Made by a program: the position numbers and the translations under genes. The notes below the pieces were generated by a model. The model saw only the letters and a list, made by a program, of their open reading frames with translations. It was not told the origin of the DNA and did no database searches. DNA of 63,271 nt, counting the filler, from Squatina squatina (lineage: Eukaryota): NCBI GenBank assembly GCA_031763465.1. It is 4 parts of 4 records of this genome, joined end to end, with 100 filler letters (N's around TTAATTAATTAA, not from the genome) between each part and the next. Parts side by side here need not be neighbours in the genome. Positions count along the whole stretch, not along the records: positions 33,839 to 50,451 come from JARFOE010000194.1; positions 50,552 to 63,271 come from JARFOE010000233.1; 2 more parts are not named here. The stretch is one strand, 5' to 3'. Positions 37,889 to 51,198 of this stretch are shown here, piece after piece (the stretch's first letter is position 1; every line of letters begins with the position of its first letter).

Positions 37889-39189
37889 TGTATGACACTG
37901 TAGCCTTCCTACTGCCGCCCCAGCTGATATTGGTTAATTCAGTACAGACCAGGAATTGAACCTGGCACCTTCTGGTCTGTAGCACAACAGCCAGTACCTT
38001 TACACAGTACCTTTACAGCAAGGGCCTTCATCAACTGGGACAGCAATCTCAGGGGAGCTCAAGGACACGTTTTCATTCAATATGTCTGGAGTGGAAGGAA
38101 CACACAGAGATAAAAGAGCAGTAGTTGCCGCACCAACCTTTCTGTCCCAACTACAGCTGCCTGCAGTGAGATCCATTCTATCAGGTCATTTTTATTTTGT
38201 ACAGGACACAGCTGCAGGCTGCTCGGAATTTGCGGAGACTGGTAGGAGCCTCTTGGGACTGCTGGCAAAGCTCACCGAAACCACATGTTGAGCACATTGA
38301 AACCAGAAGTTCAAGAAATGTAAACAAATGAGGAGCAATCAATGCGGCACATTGAAGGAGGTCTTTCCAATTAATACAAATTAAAATGGTAGTCAACTGC
38401 AATGTTCCACAGCGGCACAGCTGAGTTTGTGCAGATAGCAGATGTGCCATTAGCCTAAACAAATGCAAAGGCCACCAGAGCGAAGGATAAAGCTATTGTA
38501 ATACTATAGATTCCACAGGGCTGCATGTGCGAAGCAGACTAGCNNNNNNNNNNNNNNNNNNNNNNNNNNNNNNNNNNNNNNNNNNNNNNNNNNNNNNNNN
38601 NNNNNNNNNNNNNNNNNNNNNNNNNNNNNNNNNNNNNNNNNNNCATAAAATAACATGAGACATAATTAACACTTAAACTGGTCATCAGCATCCTTCAAAT
38701 GAGCTACTGTAAGTGCAGAGATATTCTTCTTGGAAGTTCAATATAATTTTGACATTATTGCCACTTGCACAGTAAGCTAATCACAGGCTTTACCACTCAA
38801 ATAGTAAATCAACAATTAAGCCAATAAGGAAAGGGCTGAGCAGGTTAAATTAAGGCTAGTAATGATTTTGCATCATTATTTTACAATGCTGAACATGTGT
38901 GTAATGAAGTAGAATTGAAATAAGGTTCAATACTGCCCCCTATAAGAAAAATATTTAGTCACAAGTAATCTATATATACACACAAGTATCTACCTTACTA
39001 TAGCTAAAATAGGACTTTTAGAATTCGTTAAAACTTAACTCTGATCTAATCACTCAAGAATTTCAATGTTTTTAGGCAGACTGATTTTTACAACCTAGTA
39101 ACAATGCTTAAAATATATTACCAGCATGCTTAAAAGGACAGTAATAAATACTGCGAGGTGGAAACTGTACCCATCTAGATTGATAAATT

Positions 39190-39326
39190 CAAAAGCAAAA
39201 ATCCTGCAGATGCTGGAAATCTGAAATAAGAACAGAAAATGCTGGAAATACTCAGCTGGTCAGGCAGCGCCTGTGGAGAGAGAAACAAAGTTCACGTTTT
39301 AGGTCGATGAGCTTTCATCAGAACTG
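39190..39326 (-). mobile_element. Penelope-like element terminal fragment with a degenerate hammerhead motif
   Basis: Dispersed family with weaker copies near 44355-44455 and 52060-52190. The minus strand reads AGTT-CTGATGA-AAGCTCATCGACCT-AAAA-CGTGAACT. Confidence 0.6.
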
Positions 39327-40764
39327 CTGTTTAATACCTTGACTTTATTCTGGTTCAGGCCTTGAGCAATTTATACCACAACAACTCCAAGCATCGATGT
39401 AAGAAAAACCTTTAGGGAGTTAGATTAGTTTCCGGCAAAATAAATCCATCATTTACTGTGTTCAAAGGCTGACTCAGTGAGCAGTTTAGCTTTATTTGTT
39501 GAAATATGATATCCACAAATCAAACACAAAGGGCATTTCACAGAACTCAGTTCTATTTATTAAAGTCACATTCCAGCAGATTCATTAAGTCTAGAATATC
39601 CTTTCTGAATATTAACACTTATCAACCAGTAAACATCAAGGGCTGGATTGACAACTAATAGAAAATATATATTAACAAACAGCTTTTCACAACTAAAATT
39701 TTGAAATATGCATTTAATAAGAACCCAAATCTGTCTGTATAACTTGTTCCAAAATGTATCATGGTCTTCCACTGCTGCTCGTGTTTTTGATTACCACAAT
39801 TAATTTCCAACTGTCTTTAGAGCTATCTCCAAAATTGAAGTTGAGCACTCTGAACTGTGAACAGTTTACGGGCACCTGTCCACATCATTCGTGAGGTGCA
39901 GCAGTGCACGCTCACCATTAACAGAAAAAATATAATGGTATTGTTGGACAGGACTATCATATGCAAGCACAGCAGGCACGTTACAGATCAGTCATGATCT
40001 AGTTAAACGGCAGAACAAGCTCGAGGGGATGAATGGCCTACTCCAGTTCCTATGTTGAAAGGACTCCTGGAAGAAGCCATGTGTTCCCATATGTGGTAGT
40101 ATAATCTTTGGCTTAGTTGACTGGCTGAGTAGCATTTCTTAACCACTTACCCAATCTCCCGCCACCCCAATATTTTCACTTTGCCCCAGCGTTGGTTACG
40201 GTAGAGGGAAACTACTGCTTCAATCAATTTTAGAAGAAAACTTTCAGTTATTAACATTTATACAGCAGGCAGGATTGAAGGTGATGGCAGGTACTTCCAC
40301 ACACAGGGAAAATAAAAGTCCAACATTTTCAAATCATGTCTTTTCATTAATGCATCTCCCACGGAGTTCACAGGTCAAGGAGCAGACACCCAGGAGCGAG
40401 TGGGACTCCATGACCAGGACAGCAAAGCAAGCTGCAGCTCTCGGGCAAAGCCCATAGCCCGGGAAATGGGCAACAGAAGGTGCAAGCAGAAGTGAGAATG
40501 GAATCAGGAACTGCGTGGTGGCTGCTATGGAGGTAGGTCATACCTTTTCATTATGCTTGCTGGGCTGGCTGTGCAGATGAAAGTGACAAACTCTCAGCAG
40601 ATGGAAGGAAGCATATTTTTTTTTGCTATTCTGATTGCTTGCTTTTTGTGGTAGAAACATAATGAATGAGAAAGCTCAGACATCAGCCTACTTTGAACTA
40701 ATCAGAATAGCCAATCACATGACATTAATGGCAAACATAAAGTCTCAAAGCACTTCACACAATG

Positions 40765-41135
40765 AAGTACCTTTTTTGGAGTGCAGTGACTGTTGCTACA
40801 TAGGCAGATGTGGCCATTTTGAGCACATGAAGATCCCAAAAATAGCAATGTGACGAGGGCCGAGTTAATCTGTTTTTGGTGATATTGATTGAGGATGGAA
40901 TGTTGGTTGGGATACCAGGCCAACTCCCTGCTCTCATCAAATAGCGCCATGGGATCTTCAACATCAACCTGAACAGGCAGGCAGGACCTTAATATGGCAT
41001 CTCATCTGAAGGATAACAGCTCCAACAATGTAACTCTCTCAGCATGGCAATGGAGTGTCAACTTAGATAATCTGCTCAAGGTATTAGAGTGCGGCTTGAA
41101 CGGCAATCTTCTGACTCAAAAGTGCTATCGACAGA
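40765..41135 (-). mobile_element. Diverged Deu-domain SINE
   Basis: CTCCCTGCTCTC...AATAGCGCCATGGGATCTT...TGCTCAAG...GGCTTGAAC; colinear with 29292-29546. Confidence 0.7.
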
Positions 41136-41537
41136 CTCAAGGAGATGCAATAAACTGAGCGAATGCAGCTTTAATACATTTAGTGGTTACAATCTAAAAA
41201 AGAGTAAATGTATCCATAACTAGCAAAGGGAGGAGAATAAAGAGAATTTGTTGAAATATCATTTATCATTTGGTAAGGACCAATTTTTGTAACAAGTCAT
41301 CACTCAGGATTTTTGGAAATATTGCATACACTGTTAGTATCTTGCATGAGCAGTAAATGTGACCATTTTTATTACTTTTGTGTCACCAGCATTTACATAT
41401 CAGCATGAATTGCAGTACTGGTTGCGCTGAAATATAGTGCAGTGATCTAGCACAAATGTAAAGCTGCATTTTCGATTTTATAAGGTAGTAATGAGGATGC
41501 AGTGATTTTTCATAAAGACCGAACAGGCATCACAGCC

Positions 41538-42152
41538 TCAATTACAAATTCCTACAGTGTGTTCTTCAAAAACTTGCAGTAGCTCATTGGATTCATATTT
41601 GATGAGGGGTGCCTGTGAATCCTCGTTGGGCTGGAGAGTCGCTGACGCTGTGCCTTGACCAGTGATCTTTAGGTGAATAAATTTCATCTTCCAATTGTTC
41701 TCGCTGCTTGGACAACGGATAAGACCAAAGATTTGCTCAAAAATTCCCAGGCAGACTGACTCTCTGTGAATGGTTCCAGCCACTGCAATAATAACTAATC
41801 CATGGGGTGAATAGATACACTTCAGTCCACCGCCAGTTAGGTTAGGATTCAGGAATAGATGTTCATCCTTTGTCAATGCTAATAAACGGAGGCTGACTAT
41901 CACTGCACCAGTGTAGACCTCCATTTGCTGCTCGGAAGTTCTGTAGGAAAACTTAAGTATGGCATCTTCCCAAAAGTGCTGGGGGCCCCACTCGTTCGAC
42001 TGTTCTTCTACCAAAGGATTCTGCGAGTTCAGAAGCTGATAAAACCACTTGCAGAACTGTAGTCCCATAGTCTGGTAATCGCACTTGAAAGCTGCTGCTA
42101 CATCGTTTTGTGGGACATTATATTTTGATGAGCTTTCTGAAGAACTTTCTTT
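41538..42152 (-). CDS. c3orf38: Last coding exon of the C3orf38 homolog
   Basis: Acceptor ttctattag; open frame to TGA. FCKWFYQLLNSQNP..EWGPQHFW, VSLRLL and PHGLV..VAGTIHR..CLGIFEQIFGLIRCP..NNWKMKF match vertebrate C3orf38. Confidence 0.92.
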   Translation of the reverse strand, partial: KESSSESSSKYNVPQNDVAAAFKCDYQTMGLQFCKWFYQLLNSQNPLVEEQSNEWGPQHFWEDAILKFSYRTSEQQMEVYTGAVIVSLRLLALTKDEHLFLNPNLTGGGLKCIYSPHGLVIIAVAGTIHRESVCLGIFEQIFGLIRCPSSENNWKMKFIHLKITGQGTASATLQPNEDSQAPLIKYESNELLQVFEEHTVGICN

Positions 42153-42924
42153 CTAATAGAAAAGAAAAATATGGACATTTCATCCTGGCTGAGAATATAC
42201 CATGCATCTGAGTAATTAAAATAAGGCGTAGGACTTACTTTTTCGTTGAGCTTATTTTGAAGGAGCTGTAAAACTACAAGCAAATATTCCATGCAACATG
42301 CCATTGAAAAATTAAAATGAGTACTCATATCTGTAAAGGTTTCCTCTAACTTTCCTTGAATACTCTCCCGTACCTAAAGTTGGCAACTTCCGGTAGGATA
42401 TGGTTCCTCACGCATCAAATGCTGACTAGCACCTCACCCAAGTACTAATTCTTCATACTTGTTCCTGACACAATGTCGGTGGACTATACACTGCCAAGCT
42501 CAAATCTGCTTCTGCCCAGTGTTCACAGATGCACGTCCATTAGAAATCACTGGCAGGGGAAAATCTCAATCTCCAAAAATGGTTGTGTTGGGGTCAGGTG
42601 GTTAAAAACCTGAGACCCGACCCCAACCCGCCCACTTCCAGTTTTAACGGAGGCGGGATGGGGGTCAGGCAGCCAAGAGGCAGGTTGACACTTTAACTAT
42701 TATAACTGGGCGGGAAGCCTCAGATTTAACATGCTTTGCAGGTTTAACTATGTCCTGGTCCTCGGGATTCTTGGCAGCTGCAGCGGGCNNNNNNNNNNNN
42801 NNNNNNNNNNNNNNNNNNNNNNNNNNNNNNNNNNNNNNNNNNNNNNNNNNNNNNNNNNNNNNNNNNNNNNNNNNNNNNNNNNNNNNNNTCCCCACCCCAC
42901 AATTCACCCGGCCATTGAAAGTTA

Positions 42925-43138
42925 TGCCGTCAGCCCAATGTTATGGAATTCCCTCCCTAAGCCTCTCCACCTCCCTCTCCTTTTTAGATTCTCCTTAAAG
43001 TCCATCTCTGAACAAATTGTTCACCCCTTTCTAATATCTTCATTAGCTCAGCCTCCATTTATTTCTCATTATGCCTCTGTGAAATGCTCTTGAGATGATT
43101 TATTACATTAAAAGCACTAAATAAACACTACTTGTTGT
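42925..43138 (+). mobile_element. L2 3' end, diverged
   Basis: LWNSLPKPL motif and a tail like that at 37548-37785. Confidence 0.65.
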
Positions 43139-43690
43139 TCACATACTGAGTCCTGTTCAGAATCCTCCTTGTGTCTGTTCTGATTTTTGTTCATTGCTTT
43201 TTACGCCAGTGATAACTTTTGGTGGTGGTTCTCTTCCTCTGCCGGCTGTTCAGTCTCTCCTTCCCACCCCTCACCCTGCCTTCCCTCAGTCACGTCTCCT
43301 TCCATTCCTGAATATATTGCTTCCACTGTCGGTCTGTACCCTTGACTTGTTTGTATTGCAAGTTGGTAGTTTTGTAATATACTGTGTTGTGATGGTACAT
43401 GCTGAGAAGAGACTAGGAGCAGGCTAATGATCAGCCTTCCTCTGTTCAAGTGGAGCCTGCTATGTTCAAATGTAATTTTGTGGAATCAATCCTATAATTA
43501 TTGTGCTTTAAGAAGAGAAGGATTAAAAATAATACATTGTGAAAAGAAGGATCCGGAACTGCTTTGCGTTCATGTTCTAATGCAGTTTTAGAAGGAAGCT
43601 GTAGAACTTGGCAATTTCCCAAGAATGTCCCTTCCCCAGAGGGAGAATAAGTGATCAAGTAATGTTCAGCATTTCCCGTTACACTCTCAT

Positions 43691-44185
43691 AACAACAACA
43701 ACAACTTGCATTTATATGGCGCCTTTAATGTGATAAAGCGTCCCAAGGCGCTTCACGTGAGCGATTATCAAACACATGAGATATTAGGACAGGTGACTAA
43801 AACTTGGTCAAAGAGGTAGGTTTTAAGGTGCATCTTAAAGGAGGAGAGAGGTTTAGGGAGGGAATTGCAGAGCTTAGTTCCAGAGCTTAACAGCTGAATG
43901 CATGGCTGCCAATGGTGGAGCGAAAAAAATCAGGATGTGCAAAAGTCCAGAATTGGAGGAGCGCAGAGATGTCAGAGGATTGTACGACTGGAGGAGGTTG
44001 CAGGGATAGGGAGGGGCCAGGCCATGGAGGGATTTATGAACAAGCATGAGATTTCTAAAATCGAGGCATTGCCAGATCGGGATTCAATGCAGGTCAGTGA
44101 GCACAGGGTGATGGGTGAATGGGACTTGGTGCGAGTTAGGACACGGGCTGCCGAGTTTTCAATGAGCTCAAGTTTACAGAGGAAC
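43691..44185 (-). mobile_element. L2 LINE 3' end
   Basis: (AAC)n tail, then TTGCATTTATAT and the reverse complement of the L2 3' region. Confidence 0.8.
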
Positions 44186-44851
44186 TGAGTTAGGGAAATG
44201 AAGCTTCAGAAGTAAATGAATTGCCGAGGTATCTTCTAAAGTGGAAAATCAACCAAAACTTGAGGGAAAAAAGTGGTAATAAGGGAAGAAGTGCAGTGAG
44301 GGACATATAAAAACACAGAAGGGAATAATAAACCTGAGAAAAAGAATGCAGAAACACAAAAATAAAACCTGCAAATACTGGAAACTTGAAATGAAAACAG
44401 AAAATGCTGGAAATGTGCAGGAGGCCCTCAGTATATGAAAAGAAAAGACAGGTTGGGTGAAGATCCATTCCAAGGATAAATTAAGGGATTTTTGCAGAGT
44501 GTAGGTCGCTTTTTGGAGGAATTATGGTCGCACAATGCACTGGTGCATTAACATTGTATTATGGAGTGGCATGTTACAGAATCATGGCATCTATTCATCA
44601 CATAGTGATTTTCTGCTTCATGAGGGTGAGGTGTTAGGTAGGGGCAACAATTCAGTGTACAATTTTGTCTGATAACGCTCCTGTGAAGTTCCTTTGGACA
44701 TTTTACTACATTATAGGCGCTAGATAAATGCACAGTTGTTGTACAGAAGACAAAGTGAAGCTCTCCCTACACAACCACCATCGCCCCCTGAAAAAATAGT
44801 ACAATGGTTCAATTTTAATATTAACTTGCTCAATAACCTGTCATGCTTTAG

Positions 44852-44925
44852 CTTCTAGGCTTTCTGAATTTATGAGAGACTTGGTTCTGAAGCTGTTCTC
44901 GGAACACATTACACCTGATGGCAAG
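44852..44925 (+). CDS. Exon of a DUF547-domain protein
   Basis: ctttag acceptor (alternative start 44859) and gttagt donor; SRLSEFMRDLVLKLFSEHITPDGK joins the next exon in phase 0 to give DGKLVDY. Confidence 0.75.
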
Positions 44926-45224
44926 GTTAGTCAATTTAGTAAAATTTCCCTATATCTGCTCTTCACTTTACATTTTCCATTCACACTTAAATGTTCAACC
45001 TCTAATTATGCTCATATCAATTTTGAAAAGTTAAATGCCTTCTTAAGTTTCATTACTTCAACAATATATTTCTAGTAATTATCTCAAGATTAGCTTTAAT
45101 CCATTTAGTTTGATTTGAGAGGCAACTGCTCAACAAAGATTTCACTGTTGAGATGTGATCTCTAAATTGCTGAAGTAACTACAGTTAGATTAATAAATAA
45201 CACTTTGACCTTTTTTTCTTGTAG

Positions 45225-45422
45225 CTTGTGGATTACGAATCCATGGCGGACAGTCCGATTTTTGAGGACTATTGTCAACTTGCAATACAGCTGCAGCGTT
45301 TGGATGTTGAACATTTCACTAGGAAAGAGAAGCTTGCATTTTTCATCAATGTTTATAATGCATTAGTGATTCATGGGAATATTATACAAGGACCACCAAA
45401 AAACATATGCCAGAGATATAAA
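45225..45422 (+). CDS. Exon of a DUF547-domain protein (probably glutaredoxin-DEP-DUF547 type)
   Basis: 198 bp with ttgtag/gtaaga sites; LVDYESM...QLQRLD...EKLAFFINVYNALVIHG carries the DUF547 LAFxINxYNAL signature. Confidence 0.88.
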
Positions 45423-45949
45423 GTAAGATGCAATTTTTACCCCTTATTGTTTTGTGACATATAACAACTTGCACATAACATATAGTTCCATAAAGCCGCA
45501 TTCACACCTGAGCAGGGGCAAGGAGATGCACTCAGTGATGTGGCTCGTGCACATTTAAACAGGTTAGTTTTGCAAAGGTAGAGAGTGATGTAGCTAGGTG
45601 GAGAGTTTGGGAAGAGCAGTTCAGAGGGCCTGAAAAAGATGACTGAATGTCTGTCAGTGATGGTGAAGCAGAGGGATTGTACATTGACCAGAATCAGAAG
45701 AGCAGAGGGTGTGAGTGGGGACATGAAACTTTGCAGGAATAGGGTGGAGCAGTTTGTTAAAGAGAACTCGTGTTTTGAAATCTGTACTGGAGGATGCAGA
45801 GTAATAGATAGCTTCAAGAACAAGGGTGATAGATGAGCAGGACTTGGTGTGGAATAGGATATTGGAGGCAGAGTTTTAGATTAGATTAGTTGAAGGTTAT
45901 GTAGGATGGAGTTTGGAAGACAGCAGAAAGGCTTGTCACAATAGTGTAA

Positions 45950-46647
45950 CAGTGGAAATAAAAGGGTACATCAGGAAGAGGTGGAGCAATTAGATAGAAT
46001 AACTATAGATAAGGAAGTTGTATTGGGGAAAAAAAAGTGAAACTCAAAAATGAAAAATGCATGGGGCCCTGATGGCATGCACCTTAGAATGCTGAGGGAA
46101 GTCCGAGAAGACATAGTGACGACTTTGACCGCAATCTTTAAAACCTTGGATACAGAAGTTGTGCCAGAGAACGGGAGGGTTGCCAGGTAACACTCCTGTT
46201 CAGAAAAAGGAGACCAGGAAAAGAGGATCAGTTAACCTAACATCAGTTGTGGGTAAGCTTCCAGAGGCCATAAATACAGAATAAAATTAATACTCGTCTG
46301 CAAAAACACGAGTTAATTAAAAAAAAATGAAGAAGGCAAATCACGCCTCTCAAATTTTTGAGAAAATAATGGAGTGCATTCATCAAATGAAATGTAATGG
46401 GTGATGTAGGTACATGTCACATTTCAGAATTTTTAAGAACTTTTTCACAGGAAAGATTTTGAAAAAGAAATACTTTATTCAGTTGGCATACAACATTTAA
46501 TGTAGAGGGAGGAGGGAGGAACTGAAGGAAATCAGTATTAGTAGGGAAATGGTATTCGGGAAATTGATGGGTTTGAAGGCCGATAAATCCCCAGGACCCG
46601 ATAGTCTGCATCCCAGAGTACTTAAGGAAGTGGCCCTAGAAATAGTA
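45950..46647 (+). mobile_element. CR1 fragments, one old (45950-46430) and one less decayed (46500-46647)
   Basis: GPDGMHLRMLREV and KADKSPGPDSLHPRVLKEVA motifs. Confidence 0.8.
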
Positions 46648-49600
46648 NNNNNNNNNNNNNNNNNNNNNNNNNNNNNNNNNNNNNNNNNNNNNNNNNNNNN
46701 NNNNNNNNNNNNNNNNNNNNNNNNNNNNNNNNNNNNNNNNNNNNNNNGTTCAAAACAAGGCAGAAACACTACTGAAGAACTCACCTCAATGGGTCAAGTG
46801 GCCTTTATTCATCCCTGATTTTTATTTATCATTTTAGTGTTGATACAAAAATAGTTTATCAAGTATTGATGTGGAAACAATCACGCAGTACTAATGGGTG
46901 CTACCACTCCAAATGTTTGAATGTAGAGAACAACCTAGTCTTCAAAATTTAGTTGGCATGCATGCAGTTTGTCAGACCAGTAGGGCTGTTCAAGATGAAT
47001 GCAAAACAAACTATAAATGTTGACTGACAAGCTTCATCACAAGAAGCTATTCGAGAACAAAATTACACTGTGCTGTATGTTGTATGTCTATGTATCAGAA
47101 TACTTTAGCATAGGTGTGCTCTCATGTTAACTCGTCATGGTAATCATCTTTCCAAATCGTAACTTTGCACCGCTTTCAAAATTTATGGTCATATGTATGT
47201 TTTTGTCCAGGGCGAAATGAGCAGAAGTGACCATTTTCTCAACCCCCATTCAGAGCGTCACCCATGTGTATAGTGATGATATTCGGTAACAGACTGCAAT
47301 CAACAGACACTGATCTTGTTCCTGAATTTGACCTTTGCTGACACAAAGAACTTTCTTTCATGAGTGGTACACCAACATTCATCTTTTTGCTTTGCATCGA
47401 CAGTGATTTACACCTTCAACAGTAAAACTTTGAGGGATCAAGAGTTTGGTGCATTTAGCCCTTTGCCTGCATTGTAGCCTTGTTTCCCAATTCACAAACA
47501 CTAGTTCTTTGATGAGTCAGCACAGAGAAATGCCACAGATGTATTAGTTGGTGATGGACTGCTGTTGCAGATATCTTGTTGTTAGGTTTACAGATTATCA
47601 GAGATCATAGAACGTAATGTAAAGCATAATTAAGTTTCTAATGAACAATTTAAAATAAAATCCTGCACTCTTTTTGCAGCCAAGGATCTCCCTGCACTCA
47701 ACATAAGGCATTTAAGCTGAAGGTCTGTTTGCCCAAGAAATGAGTTGTGTGTGTAAATTGAAGAAACTTGATTTTTGCATATTACCTTCAGATGTGTCAT
47801 TATTGCTTTTCTCAATCCTTGTAATGCGCTGGATATGAACACCATTATTATTTGGAGTTTTGTGGTAGTTTACTCATTTTCCTTCATTCCTGTAGCATTT
47901 TCAGAGTCGTCACGTAANNNNNNNNNNNNNNNNNNNNNNNNNNNNNNNNNNNNNNNNNNNNNNNNNNNNNNNNNNNNNNNNNNNNNNNNNNNNNNNNNNN
48001 NNNNNNNNNNNNNNNNNACCTTCACTGCTTCTCATTCTGATCATCAAGGTAGGTTTCAAATTTCATAAGTGACTATTGTCTGATCATTATTTTTTCAGTT
48101 TCAAATTGGAAGCAAACATCAATTAGGAGTAGAATGCTTGCAATTTCCTCCATAAATTTGTTTGATTTGTTGTATGACTATTTCCACTTTGGAAGTTTTC
48201 TGTACAGATGAACAAAATGTTCAGATTTGACAAGCCTCTCCAAGAGCTATTTTAGTGCATTAGGACTAAAAGGTTTAACATAGTTTGTTTCTTGAGGTAA
48301 ACAAAAATTCTGATAATACACTACATCCTCAATGCAACAGAGCTAAGCATTTTGCATGTTATACTGAGGTGCATGCTATACTGAATGCCTTATTAAAAAA
48401 AAAAATCTAATGTAGAAAACTGGGAGTCAAAGTCCAGTGTTTTATAACTAATAACAGCCTTAACAATAGTAATATGTACATACAGTCAATATCCTCAGTA
48501 CATCACAATAGAGGGTACTGCACCAAGGATAAAAAAAGAAAATCTTTATTAAGCTGGTCAACTTTGAACGTTTTGTTCATCTCTCATTTCTTTAGCACAT
48601 GCAGAAGAGCAGAAACTCCTCAATATTTTGTTGTTTTGGAAGACTACCAGCCATATACACNNNNNNNNNNNNNNNNNNNNNNNNNNNNNNNNNNNNNNNN
48701 NNNNNNNNNNNNNNNNNNNNNNNNNNNNNNNNNNNNNNNNNNNNNNNNNNNNNNNNNNNNNNNNNNNNNNNNNNNNNNNNNNNNNNNNNNNNNNNNNNNN
48801 NNNNNNNNNNNNNNNNNNNNNNNNNNNNNNNNNNNNNNNNNNNNNNNNNNNNNNNNNNNNNNNNNNNNNNNNNNNNNNNNNNNNNNNNNNNNNNNNNNNN
48901 NNNNNNNNNNNNNNNNNNNNNNNNNNNNNNNNNNNNNNNNNNNNNNNNNNNNNNNNNNNNNNNNNNNNNNNNNNNNNNNNNNNNNNNNNNNNNNNNNNNN
49001 NNNNNNNNNNNNNNNNNNNNNNNNNNNNNNNNNNNNNNNNNNNNNNNNNNNNNNNNNNNNNNNNNNNNNNNNNNNNNNNNNNNNNNNNNNNNNNNNNNNN
49101 NNNNNNNNNNNNNNNNNNNNNNNNNNNNNNNNNNNNNNNNNNNNNNNNNNNNNNNNNNNNNNNNNNNNNNNNNNNNNNNNNNNNNNNNNNNNNNNNNNNN
49201 NNNNNNNNNNNNNNNNNNNNNNNNNNNNNNNNNNNNNNNNNNNNNNNNNNNNNNNNNNNNNNNNNNNNNNNNNNNNNNNNNNNNNNNNNNNNNNNNNNNN
49301 NNNNNNNNNNNNNNNNNNNNNNNNNNNNNNNNNNNNNNNNNNNNNNNNNNNNNNNNNNNNNNNNNNNNNNNNNNNNNNNNNNNNNNNNNNNNNNNNNNNN
49401 NNNNNNNNNNNNNNNNNNNNNNNNNNNNNNNNNNNNNNNNNNNNNNNNNNNNNNAATAAACTTTGATTTTCCAATTCGATGTGGCAAGACCAAAGTTCAT
49501 GCGCTTCTGAAGATTCTGCATTTCACATCCATTTCTACAATGTCTCACAGGTTTCTCCACACTCCTCATGACTCTTCAGTGCAGGAGCACTTCCTGAATA

Positions 49601-50451
49601 AGTGCTACTCTTAAATTTGGTGTTCTTCTCAAACATGCATGTTTGATATTTTGTTGTCTTTGACCCTTTTCTGTGCTGAGCCAACAGACCTTACATGGCA
49701 CTTGGATTAAGCTGAGATGAACTCTGTACAGTACTGTAAATTGATTCCCTAGTTTGACTATCAAATATGTCAGAAGGCCATTCTCTTGCAAAGCATTCCT
49801 AGTCACCTGGAAGGTAGAAATGGACCACAATTATTCATTCACATTCATTTTAGTGAAGTAAATCTTAACGTGCATCTACAGTATAATCTGAAACTAGAAT
49901 TAGGAGCCTTTTGGTCAGACAACCTGGTTGTTCAATTATAACAATTAATATGTGCAATATGTATAAACTTTCCAATTTCCATCTCTACTCAAAACAGAGG
50001 TTCAACAAGTGCAAAGGAATTTCCAGAGCAATTAAAGCAAAATCAGTATGAGAAGCTACTTGAAGTCTGGGATACAGTTCTAAAAGCAGCAGCAATGCTC
50101 ATTTGTACAGCAGATCTCATTCTATAAAGAGATCTTCACAAGCTACTTACATACAAGGAGGGCATTAATTTTGTTTCCTACAGTCAAGTCAAACACACAT
50201 TGGTCAATCTACAATTTACAGCAAGGACTAAGTTACACACTATGTACCTAAAGTGCTGTAGCATAAAGGCATGTACTACAAGTGTTGGCCTAGAATGTTC
50301 AGTAACTTTTCTGTATTTACACATAAAGGTCTAGGTGCAGCATGGCCTAAAGTCATTTGATATCGGTGTAACTGAGATTTCTGGACTTTGATACCAATTT
50401 CTATGGTTTTTTTTTAAACTTGCCGACTGAGGCCTGCATCATACTGAAGCA

Positions 50452-50551
50452 NNNNNNNNNNNNNNNNNNNNNNNNNNNNNNNNNNNNNNNNNNNNTTAAT
50501 TAATTAANNNNNNNNNNNNNNNNNNNNNNNNNNNNNNNNNNNNNNNNNNNN
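50452..50551. other. Artificial scaffold linker
   Basis: 44 N + TTAATTAATTAA (50496-50507) + 44 N. Confidence 0.95.
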
Positions 50552-51198
50552 CTATTCTCCAAAGTTTCCCGACTGCTTTCCAGCACCCCCGACCAGCCCC
50601 AGCTCAGCTCCCTACCCGCCTCCATATTAAAATTGCAGCCATGATCGCTGTACAGTTCTGCTTATATCAGTACGATGGAACATAAAGGTGTGCTCTTAAC
50701 TCAATTTATAAACAATCTTAAGGACTTTGTTACAACTACCCTCAAAAGGAACCAAGGAAAGAAAAGCTTGGTTTTGTTTTCAAAGTGGCACTTTACTCCA
50801 CAGAATGGTAATTAGCAAGATTAACTCACTGAATAGTATTGATGTAATTTTCCACATCCTTCATAAGGGCCTGCCGCCAGTCTTTTTTAAAGCCAAAGAC
50901 AAGTGTGTTGGGCCTCATTCGACCAAGTCCTACAGCCTGGAAATAGATCAGAAGCAGAATTGAAAGTCACTTTTCTGTCAGACATCTGTCCAAAATGAAA
51001 GTATGGACTGCAGTACAAAACTGCCCTGAATGTGGCACTAATTGGTAATCTAACTCACAGGATGGTTGGCTGGGAAATGGAAAAGTTGTCACACTGGTAC
51101 AAGGGGTACTCAAGGTTAGTACAGAGGCATATCTAGGGCAGTTCAGAGAATTTTACTCTACGTCTAAATGTAGTTACTTTCATATTATTCTGATTCCA

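Noticed and set aside
40373-40532. AG...GT-bounded GC-rich segment as a coding exon
   Set aside because: It has stop codons in all three forward frames and no recognisable homology.
48474-49614. Long ORFs of 276-330 aa
   Set aside because: They consist almost entirely of X from a 794-N gap; the same applies to other gap-spanning ORFs.
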